Position numbers and translations under genes: made by a program | Part shown: one piece after another, positions 46,969 to 56,300 of the stretch | Layout of the letters: each line of letters opens with the position of its first letter | Numbering within the stretch: the stretch's first letter is position 1 | Source: Rhizaria sp. SCN 62-66 | Taxonomy: Eukaryota | Length of the DNA: 64,000 nucleotides | Assembly: GCA_001724265.1 (NCBI GenBank) | Contig: MEDY01000117.1 | Location: forward strand, 1-64,000 | Direction: 5' to 3' | Notes under the pieces: generated by a model | Told to the model about the DNA's origin: nothing | The model's database searches: none | The model's input: only the letters and a program-made list of their open reading frames with translations

Positions 46969-48061
46969 GCAGCAGCAGCAGTCGTGGCAGTTCCAGTCGT
47001 CGCCCTACGGCAACGGCGGCTACCAATGCGAGATCCTCTCCCCGCGGCCCGTGAACCCGGCGTTCGACCGCCTGCTGCTGGATCTCAACGTGCCTGACAC
47101 GCTCGAAGACGGCGTGCGGCGCGCGGCCGACTGGGTCACCGAGAACGCGAGCGCGCCGACCGATGACGGTGTGGTGCCGGCGCAACCAGTGATCAGGGTG
47201 CTTAACGCCGTCGAGGCGGGCGTCAAGGCCACGGCTGTGCAGGCGCAGCAGGCGCAGCTGGAGATGCAGGAGCAGCGCGAGTTGGTGCAGCAGCAGGAGC
47301 AGACGCAGAAGATGCACACGGTCGAGATTCTGCTTTTGCTGCGCGAGATCATCCTGCTGTCTGACCCTGCGCGTGCGCGCGGTGTGTACAGCATCCTGCG
47401 CTCGAGCGCGGTCGAAACGCTCAACAGTGAGCCAAATTACCGGTTCACGAACCGCGACGAAGAAGTCGCGCTGATGCTCAACGACGGCGCGAACCAGCAG
47501 TCGCAGCTGCAGCAGCTGCTGCAAGAGCAAGCCCGCCAGGAAGAGCATATCCGCAAACAGCTCATGAAACTCGAAGAGGACCGACAAAACCGGGCGCAAA
47601 CGGGCGCAGACGGCAGCTCCCCTGCCCTGCACACCCACGGCGGCCACGCGGGCAGCCACCCGATGTTCGACGTCGACGGCATGCTCAACCGCAGCACGGA
47701 TCCCCGCGGCAGCGGTAGCGGCAGCAGCACTGTAACGGGGCTGCTCGACACCAACTCCGGCTCTGGCTCCGCGTCGGCTTCCGTTGTTGACGGGCTGACG
47801 GTGTCTCTGGCGGCGCGCGCGCTCAGCAACCACAGCAGCGTCCCCGCGGCCACCACGGGCGGCCCGGCCACGTCGCCCACCAACGCCTCGACCAGCATGA
47901 GCAGCAACGGCGCCAACGCGCTGGGCGCCGCGGCGGGCACTGAGCTCGACAGCAACCGCGGCAGCGGCAGCATCCCTGCGCGCGCCGGCGTCGGGCTCAG
48001 CGCCTCTCCGGGGCCCTTCGGCTCGCTCATGGCCGACATGTGGTCGAAAGACGCACACTAA
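43277..48061 (+). CDS. Poly-Q/N low-complexity RRM protein of 1594 aa when the two in-frame TAGs (43406-43408 and 46937-46939) are read as sense
   Basis: ATG 43277, ORF 43424..46939 and ORF 47051..48061 share one frame and are separated only by TAGs inside CAG/CAA runs. RRM at about 44309-44545 (SIFVRNMP...KGAYVKFTNAEDAVRALRLDG). Stop is TAA, followed by AT-rich sequence. Confidence 0.85.
45299..45453 (+). repeat. CAG/CAA poly-glutamine tract (further tracts at about 43346-43411 and 46860-46981)
   Basis: Directly visible trinucleotide runs in frame with the RRM gene. Confidence 0.95.
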
Positions 48062-50944
48062 GTTAGGCCTCAAGGGTTCACTACTTCAATGTTGCTGATC
48101 AGTTGCATGATGTGCCGCTAATTGCCGCTAATTGTCTAATTTTCTTTGTCACATCAATCCGCAAGCTATGCTACGATTACTGTCGCAATATGACACTGTT
48201 TCTTGACAGTGTACTGTGTATTATTTTCCCCCCTCCCACGCACACACCTGTATAATTCGTAGTTTTCGCTTTAGTTTTTGACATCGTTTCGCTATTGGTT
48301 TATACTTTGCTTGATACGATCCAATTTTTTATGTTGTACCAGAAAAAACAACAGTGTGTAATTTTGTGATATTGTCTATTGTTACATCTATCATTGCACG
48401 TTTGAAGTTGTGTTTTGTCTATTCGTATTTTCATGTGTCATTTCGTTAAAGCCATTTGCTTTTATTCCCCTCGCATTGCTATTTTTCCTTGAAATTTGTT
48501 CTCTCTCTTTTCCTCCCCTAACTATAACAACAACAATAATCGTAGTCGCTTTGCCACGCATGTCTTGGGGATGCTAATTGGTTCTTTTGTTTCATCCATT
48601 AATAGCTTAATGTTTGCCCGGCTTCGCCGTTTTAGTTTGTGCTTGTTTTTGTACGTCCTTAAATCAATAGTCTCGTTTCTCCCACAGGCAGCTTTTTTAC
48701 CCTCCACCACCCTCCCAGCTGCAGTCACACTCACCGTTCCTGTCGCTGTCTCTCTCGGTCATCGCCGATCCTGAACGACGAGCCGCTTGCGGCACTGCTG
48801 TTCCTCCCCATCGTGGTGCAGTCTCGCACGCTTTTATTATATGCATGTTACTTCAATGTTATGGATTTTGTCATTTACTTTGCCATTTGTTTTCTTGCTT
48901 ATCACCCCTTGGTTTCTGATAGCCAATATCCCGTATTATCTCCGTTATCGTAGTCGGTTGTTGATATCGCTCTTGTTCTCGTGACCACTCTCGCTATGCG
49001 TACATTCCGCTCTTGTACTTACGAGTACAGCGTCACCGCAAGTGTTAATGTGTGCATGGCTACGCGTTACAACAGCCGCTACTGGACTGTCCCCCAACTC
49101 CTCTCAGCGTTAGTCATCTTAGTCTCCGATTCCGTCATCAACTCTCCACTTCAACAAACATGTTTTCTCATCAACATCACTTATCCTCGTTAGATTCACT
49201 CAATTCTCATCAAATAATTCATCTTCGATAGTCTCATTCTCTCACACAAACACTCAGACTCGTCCTCTTACTCGTCTCACCTGCACGTCACATGCACACT
49301 ATCTCATCTTTTGTCACGCTGCTGACTGCTGCAGCCCTTCTCTTCTGCCACGCGCCTCGTGGCCACGTGGCGTGAGTTGTTCCTTGCGTGTCATTGTTGT
49401 GCTTGCGTCTCTGGCGATCTTGTTCTTGCCCGAGTGCGGCCGTGGCCCGCCCTTTGTCTCCGTAAGCGTTGTCAATCCCATGTCGCTTTGCATCTGTCCC
49501 TCCTGCTCCTTGGTGTATGATCTTGTCTCGATCCTTGTACTATCACAGTCCCCGACCCATAAGCAGCCCCGCAGTCATATCGTGCACTCTCCCTGTTCTA
49601 AGGGCGAGCGTGACACGTGAGCGCGCGCGTGCGCCTCCCTTGCCACTTATCACTGCGTGCTGCTGCCGAACGGACCTTTTTTTATTCTACGATCTTCTTT
49701 GCATAGCACCGCTTATGCGCTGTCTTTTTCACACACGCACCACCAATTCCCCTGTGCGCCACTTACGCTTGGTTCTCAGTCACGGCCCTTCTGGTTTGCC
49801 GTTTCTGCGTCAGTGTTTTGGTGTTTTGGGTGCTCGCTGCGGTGTTACTGTGAATGCTTGCTGTCTATTTATCCCAACCCACATTTTCTCTCCCCACTGT
49901 CTTTTCCGCCCCTTCTTGATCCATCTCTCACATGCTCGCGTCAATGTCAATCGCGTTTCTTTTCACACCCTCCACTTGCAATTGCGCGTACATTTAGACT
50001 TACGCGTCTTGTCGCCTTTTTCCCCGGACCTCTTCCACTCTTTATTTGCACGCGCTCTTCCGTCAGCACAGATGCACTGCCTTCGACGCATTCCATTACC
50101 CACAGTCCGCCAGCATTGTATTTAACCCCTCTTTCAACCGCCCCCCGTGGTCACGCTCGCGTCAATCAATCGTGGATTGTGGCTCTTTGTTATGCTTCAT
50201 ACTTCAGCTTACTTGCTTATCACTTTCTCCGCTCATCCCCAACATTCCTTCACTCATGTCATCTCACTGTCATCATCGGTGTCATGACTATTCCTTTGCT
50301 GTGCTGACTTGTAGCTGTCGCTACCGTCTGCTAACAATCAACCACAGCCTTCGATCACAAGTCGTGCGTCACAGCGCGAATCCCCCCTTTGACGCTCCGT
50401 TCTCGGATGCGCGCCGCAACTCTTGGCACATGCAAAACCGTTCTTTCTGTCTCTGATGATGCCGCCGGGAAGACTAATATTCGTGCGGACTAGTCTGCAG
50501 TTTGATTCCCACTAGCATCTCTCTTGTTAGTTGTTCCCTTTTCTTTTTTATGTGTCGTTTGTTTGTGGCTCTGTTAAATTGGTTACACCAAACGTAAGCC
50601 TGAAGCCCTGCGGAGGAGTTCAGGCGTCCTGGTACTCGTTAGTAGCGATTGACGAGGAACCCGATTTCGATTTAAATAATAAATTACTGTTATCTTCAAC
50701 TTATTTCCGCGCTCATATCTAGGCCGTCTTTTTAAAGGCACTAAACTTTGAAAAACGACATAGTCTGAGTCAAATTTGGACCGAAAAATGAACCACAGTG
50801 CTCACGAAGAGGAGCTCGCGGTTGACTGCTCCGACCGATTTCTCGACATTCCCATCGTCAAGTCGCTTCTCGTTTAAACACCGAGCGGTTGTTGTGGTAA
50901 TCTTTTAAACCCGTGTTTGAAGACACGCGAAATAACGTTGTAGC

Positions 50945-52004
50945 ATGGCTGAGCGTGCCGTCATCCTCGCGACTGCAGGATACGACCACACGGTCCGCTT
51001 CTGGCAGGCCCCGACAGGCGTTTGCCAACGGACAATCCCATTTGCCGAGTCCCAAGTGAACTGCATCGAGACAACCCCTGACAAGCAGTGGCTGGCAGTT
51101 GCTGGCAACCCGAACATTAAGCTGTTTGAGTGCCACACGAACAACTCAGCGCCCGTCACCACGTTCAATGGCCACTCCAACAACATTACCTCTGTCGGCT
51201 TCCAGCGCGAGGGCAAGTGGATGTTTTCGGGCAGCGAGGACGGCAGTGTCAAGATCTGGGACCTTCGCGCTCCTGGTACGTTGTATTCATTCTCTCATGC
51301 TCTATTTGAGCTCTTTGAGTCTCTTCATGTCTTCCCTATCTTTCTTTATTCACTCATTCTCTTGCTCTTTTCTCAATCACACCTTCCGACTCCCTCTTGC
51401 TGCGCGTATAGGCTACCAGCGCGACTACCGCGGTAAGTCCCCCGTGACCTCCGTGGCTTTGCACCCGAACCAGGGCGAGCTGTTCTGCACCGACGAAGAC
51501 GGCAACCTCCGCGTCTGGGACCTGGCCGCCAACGCCTGCGTCACCGAGGTCGCCCCCGACGGCCAGACCCCACTGCAGTCCGTCACCGTCGCCTCGGACG
51601 CGTCTACCGTCGCGGCTGTGAGCAACCTCGGCACGTGCTTTGCATGGCGGCTGGACCCGGCCTCGACGCGCGGCACGACGCTGGAGCCCGTGCAGCGCAT
51701 CGCTGCGCACAGCACGTACGCGCTCAAGTGCCTCTTCTCGCCCGACGCGCGGTACCTTGCCACGACGTCGGCGGACCAGACGGTGAAGCTGTGGGACTTG
51801 GACAACGGCTTTGCGCTGGCCAAGACGCTCGTGGGCCACACGGCGTGGGTGTGGAGCTGCGCGTTCAGCGCCGACTCGGCCTACCTGGTCACTGCGTCGT
51901 CGGACAAAACGGCCAAGCTGTGGGACCTCAAGAACGGAGAGGTCATTCTCGACTATAGGGGGCACTCCAAGGCGCTCACGAGTATTGCGCTGAACGACTG
52001 TTGA
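50945..52004 (+). CDS. LST8: TOR complex subunit LST8 (WD40); exons 50945-51275 and 51412-52004
   Basis: VILATAGYDHTVRFWQAPTG.C.RTI...SQVN, LHPNQGEL, C.FSPD..YLATTSADQTVKLW, GH..WVW.CAFSADSAYLVTASSD and GH.KA...IALND. Phase-1 intron GTACGT...TAG. Stop is TGA. Confidence 0.97.
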
Positions 52005-52378
52005 ACGCAAAGAAGACGAAGCGTCATGAGTATGACAAGTAAGTCACACGTGACATGCTGTGCCCGCTATGAAGATAAGTTGCAAGTTCGTGGAGATGTT
52101 GCACTTAATAGTGGGATTGCGCATCATAGGGCCGCTGGCCTTGCTTGAGAGAAGCGTTTATAATACATAACAGATTGAATTGCGACTGTATATGCTGGTC
52201 TATCTTACTTTTATGACTAGACAGGATTCTTCTGATAGACGGTCAGCACGCAGCGTGACCACAAGAAGGGTAACTATCATTTGGCATATCTTTATGCAAC
52301 ATCCGTTACTCGTGACACGGAACGAGCTCACAAAGGAAACCATTGCTTTTGTTACTTTCCGATAATTATAGTTTTCCA

Positions 52379-53076
52379 ATGTCTTCTGGGGCTGAGAACA
52401 TCGATGTTCAAGAGAGCACCACAAGTGACTTGACAATCGACGACTCCGTTAAGGTACGTTCTCCCTTCATGCACTACACTAACCCCCGCTGATCACAAGG
52501 CTGCCTCTCACCGGTACACACATTTATGTAATACTGTAATCACTTGCCCTTGCGCAGCGCACGGTTCAAAAAATCCCTCTGTGTAGCATCCGCGCGGGCC
52601 CGCTGGACGACGCGACCGAGTGGACAGCCCGCTTGCGGCAGGAGCTCATCGCTCTCATCGCGTACGTGCAGATGAACAAGGCCAACGACAACGACTGGTT
52701 CTTTATTGAGTCTAACCCTGACGGCACGAAGTGGTCCGGCAAGTGCTGGTTCGTGCACAAACACGTCAAGTACACGTTCAAGATGCAGTTCGAGATTCCC
52801 GTGACGTACCCGGCGTCGCCGTTCGAGGTCGTGCTGCCCGAGCTGGAGGGCAAGACCGTCAAGATGTACCGCGGGGGAAAGATCTGCCTCTCGCTGCACT
52901 TCAAGCCGCTGTGGGCGCGTAACGTGCCGCGCTTCGGCATCGCGCACACGCTCGCCATGGGGCTGGGGCCCTGGCTGGCCGCGGAGGTGCCTTTCATGGT
53001 CGACAAGGGACTCATCACCGAGGAGGTCTTCGGTAGCGGCGGCAAGGGACAATAGCAACAGAACGACGCGGTTTGA
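52379..53076 (+). CDS. UFC1: Ufm1-conjugating enzyme; exons 52379-52453 and 52558-53076 (ends at 53055 if the TAG is a stop)
   Basis: IPL....AGP....W..RL..E...[55 protein letters not shown]. Intron 52454-52557 is GTACGT...CAG. The tail reads CAA TAG CAA CAG AAC GAC GCG GTT TGA. Confidence 0.96.
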
Positions 53077-53364
53077 GGTCACTTGGACTATTTGCCTTCG
53101 CAACTGACCTGGCAAGCAATGGCTTGGTGTGTCATCATCAGGCCACTCGAGACTACATAGTATTATTTGAATCTCATGAATCGCGGTAAAATAAAAACAA
53201 ATCATTGTATTGTACAAATTACACATAATTAAAGAGTTACATTTTTTAAATTCGGTTCAAAAACGACCCCTCACATTAGCAAGTTCTGACGCGATAGGCA
53301 GCAGTTGCCTCCGCGCATGCGCAAGATGAGTGAGTGACTGATGGAGTGAGTTTGCAGTCGCGAA

Positions 53365-56300
53365 TTAGAAGAGCGCGCGGCACATGGGGCAGGTGCTGTG
53401 CCCGGATGACTCGAACCACGTGAGCAGGCAGTTTGCGTGGAACGCGGCGGCACATGTGTGGCACGAGAGCGACGGTAGCGCCACCACGCGCGCCGCGGCG
53501 CCCGATGACGAGCCCGACACGTGGACGGTGCTGAAGCAGATGGGGCAGGCCTCGATGCCCTCGAGGCGATGGCGGACCACGCCGGCCCACACCTGCAGCG
53601 CGCGCAGCAGCGGTGCGCCCTCGCCCGGGGCCGTGGCGCCGCGCATGAGCGTCTTGACCACGGCCAGTCGCGCGCGCAGCACGAACGACGCGCCCAGCGC
53701 GGCCGAGACCTCGCTGCCGCTGCTGCTGCCACGGTCGTCGCCGCCCGCATCGGAGCTCACGGCAGAGGCGGAGGCGTCGGCGGCGCCTACGGCCGCGGCG
53801 AGCATAGCGCGCCCGACGGCGTGCGTCATCGACACGGCCACGCCCGCGGCCGCGGCGAGCCCGCTGGCCTGAAACGGGAAGCCTGGCGTGGGGCGCAGCG
53901 TCAGACACAGCACCACGTCGCCGTCGTTGCCCGCCGCGCCCGCCGCGCTGCCGGTGAACTTGGTCAGCAGCGCCTCTGCCTCGGCCGACAGGCCCGTCCC
54001 GCCCTCGTCCGCCGCGGCGGCGGCGGCCGCGGCGGCGGCGGCCGCGGAGACGTGAGTCGGCGCGCGCAGCGCCATGGGCTTGGGGGTGAGCCCGAAAGCC
54101 TTGGCGGCCTTGCGGACCGCGGAGGCCGCGCCGCCGGTGGCGTAGACGGCGCGCAACATGGGCGCCGAGGGGATCGACGTCGGCGCGCCGGAGATGCTGT
54201 AGCTCGCGAAACCACTGTTGCTGCTACCGCTGCGATGAGACGGCGTGGCAGAGGACCACCAGGTCGCGGCGGGGCCAGAGCTGGCGGCAGCGGCGGCGGC
54301 GGCGGCAGCAAGCGCGGCGTTGGCTGCGGACACAGGCGGCAGCAACGGCGTTAGGCACTTGTACGACGCGTTGTTGTCGCCCGCGGCCGTCGCCGCGAGG
54401 AGCGCCGCGGCGACCTTGGCGCGCTCCACGACGGCGACGGTGGCGATGGCGGCGTCGTACAGTCCGTCCTGGCAGAAGACAGCGAACGCGGCGTCGGCGT
54501 CGGCCACGGCGGCCGCGGCGGCGGCGCGCGCAGCGATGCCCGCCGCCGCGCCCGCGCCCCCAAGGCGCCGCAGCGTCGGCTCCAGCAGCGTGGCGGCCGC
54601 GGCGTCGGGGGCAGCCCCGTGCAGCCCGAGCCGCGCCGTCGCGGCCGCGGCCTGCGCCTTGGCCGTCAGCACCAGGGGGGCAAACGCGCGCGCCATCAGC
54701 AGCGACGGCGAAGCCACCGCCACGTCGGCGTCGCTCGCACCCGCGCCCCCAGAGGCGCCAGCGCCGGCGTTGGACCTGCTGGCCAGCAGACGCGGGTTCG
54801 CCGCGGCCAGCAAACGCAAATGTGCGACGGCGAAGGCCGAGGTCGCGTTGGCGGTGGCGCGTGCGGCGGCAGGATCGCTGAGCGCGAGCGCGAGCAGCAC
54901 GCGCCACGCGACAGGACCGAAAAACTGCGTCTGGAAGACAAGTTCGGCCTCCTGCGCGCGCAGCTTGGCCAGGCGCGCGGCCGCGGCCGGGGACGGGGCG
55001 CCGCACGCCAGCGCGGTCGCGGCGGCGGCGGCCGCGGCGGCGGCCGCGGCGGGGCGGAGGCGGGCGCCGCGCGATGCAGAAGAGCCGGAGCCGGAGCCGG
55101 CGCTGCTGGCGTTGGCCGCGGCCGCGGAGGCGCGGGGCGGCAGCGCACCGTCCGCGAGCGCAACGACAGCGGGGGCCGCAGTCTCGGTCGAGTCATCGGT
55201 GTTTTTGACGCCGGTGGGCTCGGCGACGGCGACGGCCAGCGGCGCCCTTGCAAGGCCTGCAGCCTCCGGGGCGGCGGTACACGCCGTGTGTGAGTTGTAG
55301 AGGAGCGCGGTCATTGACGTGACGTCAAGCCTAATGCTGTCGTCGTCGCCCTCGCTGTCGTCGTCATCATCCGAGGACGACGGCGATGACGCAACGTTGG
55401 CGACGACCACGCCGCCCCGGCCGCCCTTGCGCTTGCTGGCGGTCTTGGCACGCGCCCTGCGCGCCTTGGCGGCTGCAGACCGGGAGCCCCGCGCCGCCAT
55501 GGTCTCGGTCGCGGCGGTGATGGCGCCCGAGAGCGCGGTCCAGCGCGGGCCCAGCCCGGTGCCCACGGCGACGGAGCGCAGAAGCCGCGCCGCGACGGAG
55601 CCCGACGCGAGCAGCAGCGGCCAGTGCCAGCGCCACGCGCCCGCCTCCCACCCGGCTACGGAGGACTCGGTTGAGACGGACTGTGTGGCGGCGCGGTGCG
55701 CGGCGAGCGACTCGCGGTAGCTGATGGCGAAGTACCCCATCGAGGCGTCGGTGGGCGCGACGGCCCCCGCGTGCAGCGAGAGAAGCGTGACGGCAGTGCG
55801 CGCGACGCCCACCGCGCCCGCCGTGTTGGCCGCGACGGCGGCGGCCACGGCGGCGGGCGAGGAGAGAGTGACGTCGCAGGGCGCGTTGGGCGCGGCCTGG
55901 GCCAGCGCGGCCACACTCGCGGCATGGCTGTGCTGACTCGCCACCTCATGGCTGCCGTGGGGGAGCTGCGGCGCGGCAGCGACAGTGAGCGCGGTAGGGA
56001 CGGTACCGAGGAGCGAGTCAAGCAGCACGGCGCCCCACGGCGCGTCCTCGTCGTGGTCAATGCCGCTGTCATAGGAGTAGTCGTCAGTGTCACGGCCATC
56101 GTTGTTGTTGAGACCGCTGCAGAGCGCTGCGACTGCGTCGTCATCACCAGCGTCGCAGTCGCCGTCCTTGCACTCGACGCTGTCGGTGGTGATCGCGCCA
56201 GCAGTGTCAGCGGCGCAAGAGTAGTCGGGCAGCGCGTGCGCCGTCTTGCCCAGCGCGACGTCAATGCCGAGCATCATCACTACGCTCGCCGGCGCCGCGG

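Noticed and set aside
5853-53055. Interpreting the internal TAGs as pseudogene lesions or random sequencing errors
   Set aside because: All six are the same codon, with no frameshifts or internal TAA/TGA, and the genes are otherwise intact. Only raw reads can formally exclude error.
5853-53055. Pyrrolysine (UAG) or selenocysteine (UGA) recoding
   Set aside because: The TAGs are not at catalytic positions, no pyl genes are present, and three lie among Gln codons. Every TGA in my models is terminal.
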